NCBI GenBank assembly: GCA_013239625.1
Contig: MU056925.1
Coordinates: forward strand, 2,612,804-2,676,803
From: Lama guanicoe
Lineage: Eukaryota
Length of the DNA: 64,000 bases
Direction: 5' to 3'
Shown: positions 26,830 through 37,820 of the stretch, in pieces
Position numbering within the stretch: the stretch's first letter is position 1
Layout of the letters: each line of letters opens with the position of its first letter
The notes under the pieces: generated by a model
Databases searched by the model: none
Seen by the model: the letters and a program-made list of their open reading frames with translations, nothing else
What the model was told of the DNA's origin: nothing
Position numbers and translations under genes: made by a program

Positions 26830-27969
26830 TCTACCGCTGTCAGCTACACCAGTCAATCCATTCTGAGATGTTCAGTCTCCTGGCCACCCCTTAGTTCAAA
26901 CTTTGGGGGAATGTGGAGAGAGCAGGAACTTTCCTCTCCTCTCCAGGGAGCTGTCTGCCAACCTGCTTTGGACTGTTCGTTCCCCCGGGTTCAGGTTTAC
27001 CCCCAGCTCTTGCTGCAGACAGTCTCTCTATCACTTCAGGGAGGTGGCTTCCTGTCCCCTTGGCCCAGAAGTTTCAGACTCTCCCAGGATGCCCCAGTTC
27101 AGGATCTCAAGTCCCTCTCCAGACTCCAGCCTTCTGAGACCATCAAGCAATTTGGCACCACAGCAGGGGGAGAAGATCACTAATGAGCCCCTGGGGCTTT
27201 GGCTCAACCAGACCCTTAAGTGGGCCCTGGGAAACCTATTAAGTGACTCTTTTCTTATTGAGAGTCCCTGGGAGCAGACGTTGGAAGATGATGGGAGAAG
27301 AGGGAGAATGAGTGGAGTCTGTTGGCTCCTGGCTCCTACCAAACCTCTCTATAGTCTATGCCGCTACGTTCTTATTTTTATTCATAGAGGAGCTGATATT
27401 TGATCTTGGCCTTGAGGAATGAGTAGATTTCCAGATGGGGAAGGGACATCTGACATGGAGAAGGACGTGTGAGGTCAAGGAGGAAGGAGTGGCTGGGGCT
27501 GGTGCAGGTTGCTCTGTGGCTCACAAGTAAGGAGTGGGGCGGAAGACAGTGGAGGGTGAGGCCAGAAACGTCCAGTGGGTTCGTATCGTGATGGTTGGAA
27601 CTGGCGTTTCTTCCAACCAGAATTCAGGCCACCTTCTCAATGCAGACTGGATCTCTCCCTCTCTCAGGAGTCACTGCTCAGGCTCACTCCCTCTGGTATG
27701 GGAGGGTGGGCAATGCACCCAGTCAACTGAGGAGCTAAGGATTTAATTCAGCTGGAATTGGGGGGCTGGGTATCTTTTTGAAATGAATTTCCACATTCTG
27801 ATCTTTTCCCTGCAGGGACGCCATGAAAGATGGCGCCTTGCGGGTGTGGGCAGCGGGGCTGTGTGCACAGCCCATGCTGGAATCCACCAGCTGAAACCCA
27901 CGTTTGCAGTAGGGAGGGGATCCTGCGAGGAGGGAGCCTGAGGTCCCAGAAGGCTGGGGGCACGTAGGA

Positions 27970-28130
27970 GATTCTCTGTTTCTCCCTGTCTCTGTCCCTT
28001 CCAGTCTTTCTGTGTGTCTGCACCTCTCTCTCTGTCTCTCCACCCGTCTCTTTGTCTGTCTGCCTTTGTATTTCTCTCTCTCTTTTTCTGTCCCTGTCTC
28101 TCCATCTGTCTCTCTCCATCTCTCTCTGTC
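27970..28130 (+). repeat. TC-rich low-complexity tract
   Basis: Degenerate (TC)/(TCTG) repeats. Confidence 0.8.
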
Positions 28131-28376
28131 AGCCCAGACCCTGGTGAACCACTTAGGTTGGGGACCCTCTGCTGAATAGCACGTGTCTTCACTGCTGACC
28201 GGTCTGCCGCCCTCAGCAGGTGCGGTCCTGCCCGTTTGGGGTCGTGTAATTCATTCTGCTTCTGCCTCTTTGCTTCAGAGTCTGCTGCTTCCTCTCTCCT
28301 CCAGTCCCTCTCTATTTCCCTCATTTAGGGGGAGGACCAACAGATGAGAGAGACATGAGAAGAGCAGGCTCCCTAC

Positions 28377-28600
28377 TTAAGAGCACAAAGAGACTTTGAA
28401 ACAGCCAGATCCTGATTCAGGGGGATGCTGTGTGACCCCTTCAGCAGGTCAGTCTCTGAGCCTCAGGTCCTCACCTGTAAATTAATAACGATGAAGATGC
28501 CTACAATTTCATAGCGGTCTCGCAATGGTTAAATGATACTGCGCATGCGGAGTGCTGAGGACACGGCCCGCCCGGCACGAGGGCTCGACGGCTAGCAGCC
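28377..28600 (+). mobile_element. MIR SINE whose 3' part overlaps the CpG promoter
   Basis: MIR core ctctgagcctcaggtcctcacctgtaaa, head taagagcac...tgtgtgacc, tail ttaaatga...gcatg...gtgct...cggcac...gctc. Confidence 0.7.
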
Positions 28601-28990
28601 ATGGCGGCGGCAGTGGTGGTGGTCTCGGTGCTGCTCAGAGGGAATGGTGGGGGCGTTGCCAACGAAGAGCAAGGCAGTGTCGGTGTCTGTGGACAATCTC
28701 CCAGGAGACTGGAGGAAGAGCTCAGGTGAGGGGTTGGGGAAGAGAGGCCCCAGCTTGCTGGCGTTCCGGGTCTTGGAATCAGAGCAGGTGGGAGATGTGC
28801 TGATCCCCGTGGGGCGTGTGCCGCCGCGCTGGTCCCCGCGTTTCCTCTCCTCTCTCTGGTTCTGCGATTGGTATTTCTCACTGAGTAACAAACACTTCCG
28901 GAAGCAGCAGCTACTGGGCAAGGCACTCGTCACACATCATTTCCATCTATCATTCGAACAGTTTTCTGGGGTCGCGGAGGCTGCTGGTGC
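28540..28990 (+). promoter_or_regulatory. Small CpG-rich promoter and candidate first exon (donor cag|GTGAGG at 28725) upstream of the olfactory receptor
   Basis: NRF1-like TGCGCATGCGG 28540-28550; YY1-like ccATGGCGGC 28599-28608; ETS palindrome CACTTCCGGAAG 28893-28904; local CpG enrichment; consensus 5' splice site. Confidence 0.55.
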
Positions 28991-30930
28991 TTCCGAAGGT
29001 GAAAAACTCTCTCTGAGAGTGAAGTTTTAAGGATTGGGGTGTGTGGTGAGAGAAGAGAGGGAGAAGAATGTGTCTCTTGCTGAGTAAATTAAGGATAATT
29101 GACCTTTGATGGCTGGGATGAAGATGATGGCATCTCCTTTGATGAGAGATGAACATGGTCTAATAGGGTTTTTTTGTGGGGGAGGGGGCATTGACCCTGA
29201 CGATGATTGACTGCAGGTACCCCATCTGAGATTGGCAGCAACACTGATGGCAGATGCTGAAGAACATTTTTGGGGAGGAGCCCACAGCAGTTGGGGTGAT
29301 TGGGTGGGGCTCTGATTCTCTGAGGTTCCAGGACCAGAAGCCCAGGTTAGATACATAACAGGGGCACAGAGAGGAGGCATACATTTGGGAGAAATGAGGA
29401 TTGAGTAGCTAACTCTTTCACTTACAATAATTCAGCAAACGACAAATACAGCTCACATCTTTGATTCCAGGAGGCTGAAGTTAGTGGCGTTGCCGTAACA
29501 ACTGTGGATGACACCAAACCTGCCTGAGGGACAGGAGTCTTCAACCAGGATGTAGCTTGTGAGTTCAGCCTTAGAGGAAGAACAGAACTTCCCATCTTTT
29601 TTGGGTAGACAATGTGGAGACCCTAGGAGGTCCCAGGACGAGCTGGACGTGAAGCTGGACGTGAAGCTGTGAAGGGCAGAAGGACCACTGCACTGTGCTG
29701 AGTACTCTGGCCTTAAGCCTGAAGGTAAAGAAGGGAGGGTTAGGCAAAGCACTGCTATCCATCGTTTAGAAGGCTCATTCCCACTAGTGGAATGAAAAAG
29801 GGATTGCAGGAAGCAGTTAGGAGCAAGAGGGCCAGGTAGGATCTGTTTTCATCATTCAGGAAGGAGAAAATGAGCATCTTGAGAGAAGAGAGCCTCTGGA
29901 GGCCGGAGGAGTTCCCGGCGGGACGTGGTGCCCAGTTGTACTTGAAGGAGCAGGAGTGGAAATTCACCTACCATGCCTTCCTGGTTTCCAGCTCTGGCCT
30001 GGGACCAGCTCCTCCCTCAGAAGAAGGGAAAGTTTGGGTTTGAAATAATGCATTTAGTTCAGGACTGGTGAATTGGAAGTCTTGGTGGAAATGCTTGGGG
30101 TCTGCAGCTAAGAGAAGGGATCAGGGCTTGAGATAGATTCAGGGCTCACGTCGGAGGTTAAGTCATGGAGTGGGTGCTGCCACTCAGGAAGGCTCTTGGT
30201 GATCATACCATGGAGAGGGTGGACCGTTCTTCCCCGGTCATTTTTTTCTTCTGTAACTGAGTCAGAAACGAGGCCCAGGATTACCATGGGTTTGTCCTGA
30301 ATCCAGCCAAGAGGAAGAAATGGAAAACAAAATACAACAGGAAACAAAGGCTAGGGCAGGTAGGAGAGGGGTACCCATGTCTGTCAGCAGAGTTGGGAGG
30401 TGTGACCTCCCCCAGGGGTGGCGAGTGCAAGGGAGGAAGGTGGGCCCCTGGAAACCGGAGGTTCTAATGCTGCTCAAGGTTGGTCAGTAGAACGGGGACC
30501 CCTTCAGTCGTCATCTGTTCGAGAGTTCAGCCCCTTATCTCCATCACTGGAGACTGGAACCCGGGAGGCCTGGCTCCTTAGACACGGCGATGGGGTCCCA
30601 GATGGCTGGCTAGAAGAGCAGGGCAGGTGGACAGGTATGGCAGGTGTGAAAGAGACACACGGGTGCCTGGAAGTGCACAGGGCACAGGAGGCCGGAAGGG
30701 AGGCTGGACAGTGGTTCTGGCTGCTTGAATTCCTGGAGGACGTTGGGCAGGAGGAAATGAGGGGTGGAAAATCCTGGATTGGGGAGAAAGCACTGATTCC
30801 CTGGGGAGGGGGTGGGGGAAGCAACGGGTGGGCCAGAGAAGGCTGGGCATAGGGTTCCCAGCCCAGGAGAGGCCAAGTACACAGTGCTGTCTGCAGCCTG
30901 CACGTCTGTCCTCCTCCCCCAGGTCCCAAC

Positions 30931-31908
30931 ATGAGCCACTGGCCTGCGTTGAACTGGACCACCCCCCAGCAGTTCGTAATCCTGGGTTTCTCCGGGTGGC
31001 CCCAGGGGCTACGGGTGCTGCTCTTTGCCCTCCTCCTGCCGCTCTATCTGGCCACGCTGGCAGGAAACCTGCTCATCCTGGGCCTGGCCGTCCTGGATGA
31101 CGCCCTGCACACTCCGATGTACTTCTTTCTGGGGGCTCTGTCTGCCGTGGAGGTGGCCTACACACTGGTGCTGACTCCGCGCATGCTGTCTGGCTTCCTC
31201 CTGCCTCCCGGGGGCCAGGCGGTGGTCCCTTCCACCTGTGCGGCCCAGATGGGTCTCTTTGTGGCCCTGGGAGGCTCAGAGTGCCTGCTCCTGGCCGCCA
31301 TGGCCCTGGACCGCTACTGGGCCATCTGCCGCCCCCTCTACTACCCTCAGCTCATGACCTCGGGGCTCTGCTGGGGCCTTCTGGCCTCCTGCTGTGGAGG
31401 GGGCTCTCTCCTGGCCCTCGGCCTCACCGCAGCCGTATTCCAGCTGCCCTTCTGCCACGGGGGCTTGGTCAACCACGTCTTCTGTGACCTCCCGGCCGTG
31501 TTGGTGCTGGCCTGTGGGAACCGGGACCTGCAGGAGCGGGTACTGCTGGCAGCCTGCCTGCTGCTGCTGGTGCTGCCCCTGGCCCTGATCCTGCTGTCCT
31601 ACACCCGGGTGCTGGTGGTCATCCTCGGGGTTGGGGGTGCTGCCGGCCGCCGCAAGGCCTTCAACACTGTGGCGTCGCACCTCACCGTGGCTGTGCTCCA
31701 CTATGGCTGCGCCACGGCCATGTACGCCAGGCCCCTGAGCAGCCGCTCCCTGGAGGAGGACAAGCTGGTCTCGCTCGTCTACATCAGCCTCACGCCCCTG
31801 CTCTACCCGGCCATCTACACGCTGCGGAACCGGGACGTGCAGGGCGCGCTGCAGCGGGTGGTCAGCCCCCGGACGCCGGGCACTGTCCGCCAGGCTGATG
31901 GCACCTAA
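30931..31908 (+). CDS. OR10AH1: Olfactory receptor, class II, family 10-like (325 aa, intact, single coding exon); probable OR10AH1 orthologue
   Basis: OR motifs: N-terminal NWT sequon, GNLLI, LHTPMYFFL, MALDRYWAICRPLYY, HVFCD, KAFNTVASHL, PLLYPAIYTLRN; 7 hydrophobic segments. The OR call is very secure; the symbol is inferred from synteny with RBAK only. Confidence 0.9.
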   Translation: MSHWPALNWTTPQQFVILGFSGWPQGLRVLLFALLLPLYLATLAGNLLILGLAVLDDALHTPMYFFLGALSAVEVAYTLVLTPRMLSGFLLPPGGQAVVPSTCAAQMGLFVALGGSECLLLAAMALDRYWAICRPLYYPQLMTSGLCWGLLASCCGGGSLLALGLTAAVFQLPFCHGGLVNHVFCDLPAVLVLACGNRDLQERVLLAACLLLLVLPLALILLSYTRVLVVILGVGGAAGRRKAFNTVASHLTVAVLHYGCATAMYARPLSSRSLEEDKLVSLVYISLTPLLYPAIYTLRNRDVQGALQRVVSPRTPGTVRQADGT

Positions 31909-32059
31909 TGCTGGATGCCAGGTGGTGTCTGTTCTGAAATCTCCCCCCTGGATGGAAACCTCACATTCTAGAACCATCTGTGACTCCCCAAGGCCTACTG
32001 GACACAACCTGAGTGCAGCAGATGAGAACTCTGACAATGGACTGAAGCCTAGTTCTTCT

Positions 32060-32269
32060 GCTTTTATTGACATTTTGAGCCGGACAGTTCCCTCTGGTGG
32101 GGAGTCATCCTGTGCACTGTAGGCTGTGTTTAGCTGCATCCTTTGTCTCTACCCACTTGATGCCGGCAGCACACACCTCTCCTGCACCCAAGTTGTGATC
32201 ATCAAAAATGTCGCCAGACATCGCTAAATATCCCCTGGGGGCAAAATCACCCCTGGTTGAGAACCACTG
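32060..32269 (+). mobile_element. MER20 DNA transposon
   Basis: ttgacattttgagccgga...tcctgtgcactgtagg...gcaaaatcacccctggttgagaaccactg. Confidence 0.8.
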
Positions 32270-32299
32270 CTCCAAAATGCAGCCACACAGCAGCTTTTG

Positions 32300-32780
32300 A
32301 AGAGAAGTGAGTACTGATGTACAAGAAGTCTGTGGCAGCGCTACTTATAATAGACAAAAGCTGAAAGCAATCCAAATGTTTGTGAACATAGAGTAGATAC
32401 AAACAGCCTGTGGCATGGTCATGCAATCGAATACTACACAGCAATGAAGAAGAATGAGCTACTGCTGCTGGCAAAAAGTAAGGACAATACGGATGTAATA
32501 GCGCCTAAGAAACAGGACACACAGAACACGTACTGTAGGCTTCCCTTCAAATAAAGGCCAGTGACAAACTAATCTATGGTGGTTGGTGTCATAATCGTGG
32601 TTAACTGGGGGAAGGTTACAGGTCAGCAGATGGCACAGGGAGATTGCCTGGGCACTGGAAATGTTCTGTATCTTGACTTGGGTGGTGATTACATGGGTGT
32701 ATGTGTATGCATATATGCAAAACTTCATCAAGATGCATACTTAAGATCTGTGTAGTTTGCTGTATGTGAAATAAACTATG
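32300..32780 (+). mobile_element. L1ME-like 3' UTR fragment
   Basis: aagcaatccaaatgt, ggaaatgttctgtatcttga, gcatacttaagatctgtg. Confidence 0.6.
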
Positions 32781-32900
32781 GCTGATTCAAGCTATTCGCA
32801 AAGTAAGGCAAGCCTTCACTCGTGCTGCTTAATGCCCCGATGCCTCTTTCTAGCTGTGAAAATACTTCGTATTATTTAGCCACAGCCTGAGTACTGTACC

Positions 32901-33231
32901 TGCTGTAGGCTGACTGTTGGTGTCTCCCCCAAGTTCATATGTTGAAATCCAGTCCCCATTACTAGGTTGTTACTGGGGGGTGCAGTCTCTGGAGGCAGTG
33001 AGGTCATGAGGGTAGCGCCCTCCTGAATGGGATTAGTGCCCTTATGAAAGAGACCCCAGAGAGTGCCCTTGCCCCTTCCAACATGTGGGGACACAGCAAG
33101 AAGGCAGCTGTCTATGAACCGGGAAGCAGGTGCTCACCAGACGCTGAAGCTGCTGGCGCCTTGATCTTGGATTTCCAGCCTCCAGAACTGCTCTATGATA
33201 TTCTGTTACAGCGGCCTGAATGACTAAGGCA
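32901..33231 (+). mobile_element. MaLR solo LTR (MLT1A-like)
   Basis: tgctgtaggctga...aagttcatatgttgaaatcc...gggattagtgcccttat...ccttgatcttggatttccagcctccagaactg...gactaaggca. Confidence 0.85.
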
Positions 33232-34032
33232 GCGTGCCTTTCTCCCCGTCTCAGTTACAGCTGTAGTCTCTAAAATGTAATTTTAGCATCTGCTTCATGT
33301 CCCCCTCCCCTCCCCCACCAGTTAGACTGAGCTCTTTAAGCCAGATTTCAGATCCAATTCTTCAAGATCCATGACCTTTCTTAATAAATGTTGGAGGAAT
33401 AAGTCATAGATGGGCTCTGAGTTGTTTTGGGGTCTCACCTATCGGCCCTAGGGCGGGGACGCAACTCTCTCGTCCTGCCAAGGACGGGAATCTGTAAGAC
33501 TGACTCCTCCTTGGGGTCTTTTCTCAGCATCTCAGCTGGCAACTTGGACCCAATGTACCAATGCAGGGAGCCTCAGAAGCAACACATTTGTCACTTGACA
33601 TAATAGCTGCATTCAGAGACCTTGATATCCCTGACTGTTATCCCTGGGGCCTGAGTTCCAGAATCCATGAGTAGGAACTTTTCCTAAAAATGCCTCCTGA
33701 AGGGTCCATCAGGAACTGGAAGTCTCAGAGCCAGGATCAGCGTGGGTAAATCCTGCCTACCTAACCTCCCGTCCGGAGAAATTGTGCATCTATGAAAACT
33801 GATTTGGAACCTGGGACGAATTATATGTGTGCAGGTCACGTGGGACACTAGAATGATCTATCAGCTCCTGAGAAATCTTGTGAAAGGGGGTCTCTGTCCC
33901 TGCTGTCTGCATTCTTACCTTCTGCTTCTCCTTGGGGCTGGCACTTGGGAACTGAGGCACACAGGAAGCCCCCCCACCCAATTCGTCCCCAAGTCCTACG
34001 GGTATGAGGAAGTCCTTGCTTAAGAAACACTT

Positions 34033-34116
34033 GGGAGGGGCAAGCATAGCTCAGCGGTGGAGTGCGTGCTTAGCGAGGCCCTAGGTTCAGTCCCCAGTAC
34101 GTCCATTAAAAAAAAA
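34033..34116 (+). mobile_element. tRNA-derived SINE (vic-1 type), short copy
   Basis: tagctcagcggtggagtgcgtgcttagc...ggttcagtccccagtac followed by poly-A. Confidence 0.8.
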
Positions 34117-36955
34117 GGCCGCCAGCTGTTCTAACAGGCCTGCCCTATTTGTTCCAGCGCACCTCCTGAGGCCAGATTAAGCCCAAGAGTTCCACCAGCA
34201 GTACGAGTACCCACGCTGTCCATGATGAGAGTAAAGGTAAGACGGGGCAGGGGCCCTTGATTCCTGAGTTCTTTTAAAAGGTTATGCATTTTGGGTCTTT
34301 GGCAATATGGCTAGTGGCCCGTGATGGTGAGTGGCAGTTCCAAGCCCAGACTTGGACACCTTCGACAGCTTGCTGGTCCCTCTTCTCTTTCTCCTGCTGT
34401 ACAAAGTCTGAAAAGATTCTGAATCTTGAGACGCATTAAGTTTCAAGTTGCAGTTTATTTATTGAGAGATAATTGATACGTAACATCATATTGGTCTCAG
34501 GTGTACAATGTAATGATTCGATACTTGTATACGTCACGAAATGATCACCACAACAAATCTAGTTAACATCCATCACTTGGTGTAGCTGGTGAATTTTTTT
34601 TTCTTGTGTTGAGAACTTACTGTCTTGGCCACTTTCAAAGCTGCGATAGAGCTTCGAGTTTCAGCTTCTAATTCTCTATGACCCCGCACTGATTTGGCCT
34701 TCAGGATGTTACCAAACATCCCTGAGGTGGACTCCCAGGCAGCCGGACTCCTAGGCGGCTGCCTCCCCTCAGGGTGTCCCAATCAGCTCCCACCAGCGCA
34801 GAGACGGCAGGATCACTGGAGCTGGGACCCCGGGGCCTAGAACCAGCGCTTCAGCGAGCTGGGGGCTGCAGGATGCTCACGCGTCCCAGCCCTCACCTGC
34901 CCCTGCAGGACCTTTTGAAAACCATGGCCAATTCTCTTAAGAGTCGACAGCTGGGTCTGCGCTTGGACTGGGGAAATCCCCCCAAGTCTTAACGCCTGCT
35001 GGGGGTGCTCACCCTCCATGGGGCATTGACAGGTGGGAGACACCTGCAGCACCTCAAGCCAGCTCCCAAGAGTGTTGCTCCAAGGAGGGCTCTGGGTGCT
35101 CCTCTGGGAGCCTGCCTGGGGGGTGGAACGGGCTCCACATGGGAAGCAGCCCCTGTGCAAAGCAGCACCCACCGCCAGCAAGCGTGGGGCCCCCCGGTTG
35201 CAACTCCCACTTGGGAAGTGGGTCTGGGGGAGGCAGTTAGCCAGCCACTCACAGCTAAAAGGTGTACCTCCACCAGCCAACTGCAAGACTCTACCATCTT
35301 GTTCCCAACTGCCATGACTTTATTAAATGAACACTTGTTAAACGGAACACAGGGTGCAGAACAGTGAGTGGGTTCCACGAGAGACCACAGAGAAATAGAT
35401 GAGTTTCTGACTCACAGGGCCTGGACCAAGTACACAGCACCCTGGGGGGGCCACAGGGGAGGTCGAGGCAGAGTGCAGACAGAGACTGGACTTGGCACAC
35501 GTGCCTTTACTAGAGTCCACGTTGGGGGTGCTTTGGGGTTCCTAGGTTAGGACCAGATCGGTCGATTCAGACCCAAAGAGCGGGGTTTGGGTAAGCTCAC
35601 GGGGGTCCTGGCTAAGGGGCACATAAGGCATTGCAGGCACTGGGAGGCAGGAGGCTGCTGGCCACAAGGGCTGCGGGGAAGTCACACTGGGGACTTACAT
35701 CTGCTGGTGGCTGAGCGGCTGCGGGGCTCATGTCAGTTAAGGCCCCTGCAGCCGCCTGACCAAACATGACTGATGACAAGGCAGTAATACCACTAACGGC
35801 TTAGCTGAACTCTCGACAGAGAGACATCCGGCCCACCTGGAGGTGGGTTGGTGTCTGGTTCTTCAGGCAGACGCTGTCGCGCTGCCTCCATCTGCTAATG
35901 CACGGCTTTGCCGCGTCTGGGCCAGGACGTCTCTGAGCGTTTACTTTTCTTCCATGTTTTTCCCTCTTGTCTTTCAGGAGCTCCTGTTTTGCTCCCCCCT
36001 TTTTCACGTCTCTCACTGGTTCTTTCACATTTTCCATCTCTCTATACACCGAATTCTGTGAATTTGCTGAGCTCTGCCTTCCTGTTCACATTTTCTTCAG
36101 CTGAGTAGGACCTGCTATTTGACATGTTGAATAATGTTGAGTTTGTAGTTTCAGTGACTGTACCTTTCACCCCCAGACACCCTATGTAGTTCTTTTTCCA
36201 GATAAACCAGTTCAGTTCTCCTTCTTGGTGCCTTTGCTTTCATGTGGTTTCAAGTTTTTGCTTTTAATCACTTTTTAAAGACAGTCATTTTTATAGAATT
36301 TCAGATTTTTCTCTTACCGAAAATATTTGAGATTCTTATGTTATGGAAATGTCTGTCGACTTCCCTTGCAGTTTGTAACTCTGAATTATGAGCTCATCTT
36401 GGGTTTGTGCACATCAGAATCTTGAGAAACATGGGTTGAGGGTATCTTACTTCAAGAATATTTTGTTTGGTTCTGGAAGTTGTTTCAAAGACCAGGATAA
36501 ATTTCTATGTTAATTGTGCAGTTTTCCCACCAGGACATGAATAGGGCAAATTCAAAATTCTAACTCATACGAGGTGCAGGTCACGGCTTATGAATCATGA
36601 GGGTAAACTCCCTACCAGAGCCCGGGAGAGACAGACAAGCTTCCTGTGCAAATGAGCAGAGTGTTCTCTGGTCCACCCTTTCCCTATAGGTACGGGCTTT
36701 TGAAACTTCTGAAAGCGTGAGTTATTTCAGTGCCAACCTTCTGCCTGTGGTCTTTAACACCCAAGCTTCTGGGTAAACAAAATTAAACCCACAGGGCAGT
36801 CCAGCATCAGCTCACAAATTTCTCAGTCCTCTCTGTCCAGCTGGTACCTGGAAACCTCACTTATGTTCTTGCAGGCTGAATTATGCATGTAAAAGAATGT
36901 GATCTGTTACTGTCCATCATTACTTGTTGTTTACAGTGGAACATTTTGAACTTCA

Positions 36956-37044
36956 TTATTATTTTTTAATGGAGGTACTGGGGATTGAACCCAGGACCTC
37001 AGGCATGCTAAGCACGTGCTCTACCACTGACCTATACCCTCCTC
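36956..37044 (-). mobile_element. tRNA-derived SINE (vic-1 type)
   Basis: ggaggtactggggattgaacccaggacctc...gcatgctaagcacgtgctctaccactga. Confidence 0.88.
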
Positions 37045-37820
37045 TCATTTTTCACTTTAGATGGTCCACCCTATTGCCAGGGAAAGGAGTCCCAACCTTA
37101 CGCATTTAACATAAAATATAACTTATAAACTAGTTGATTGAGAGATATCAGAATTATGTCATGAAACGGCTGGTTTCCAGATCGGGGGTGGGGGGAAGGG
37201 CGGCTCTGTAATACTCGCCAGCAAACAAAAAACCGAAAGGTCTGTGGTTTGGGGTATGGACCTCTGGTTGGGCAGTAAACTCATATTGTTCCAGTTATAA
37301 TACATCTTACAAAGACAAAAGGGTGTCATTTAGTGTGGAAACTCTTGATAGTGTTCACTCTGTATATTTGGGTGTCTGTGTCTACAAGGTCCCAATTATG
37401 TTCAACTGCAAATGCAGCTCAAAAATAAGCAAGATAAAATTATTCTTCTGTAGCATCCTTAGGAACGTAACCCCTACAGGCCTGTGGGATTGTTCTGTTG
37501 CTTATTAGATCTGTTGTCTTAATGGTTTAAATTACTCACTTACTCCCGCGTTCCAAATCCACAGGTAATACAGACACAGATACTCTTCATAAATAAGTCT
37601 CTCCTATAAAAATAGACCACCCCAGGGCATCAGTACCCTTCTGCCCTTAGTTTTAAGAGAACAGGCTTTTCCTAATTCTCCAGATGGGCTGGATTTCGCC
37701 TTGGTATGGCAGGGGCGTTGGACTTCCTGCTGAAGGATTTTTCCGTGTCCACAGAATCCACAGGTTTTCATCCCGAGAGGGGCTGGGACTTGCCGGTGAA
37801 AACCTCCTCCCTCCCGCACT

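Noticed and set aside
26614-27183. Poly-His (minus) and poly-Val (plus) ORFs
   Set aside because: Translations of a (GTG)n microsatellite, with no splice or homology support.
31276-32139. 287-aa antisense ORF over the olfactory receptor
   Set aside because: Expected shadow ORF of a GC3-rich coding strand; it starts within MER20 and has no recognisable domain.
34740-35780. GC-rich segment with splice-like signals and short ORFs
   Set aside because: No coherent exon chain or recognisable protein; it may simply be distal 3' UTR of the minus-strand ZNF (candidate AATAAA on minus at 35319-35324).
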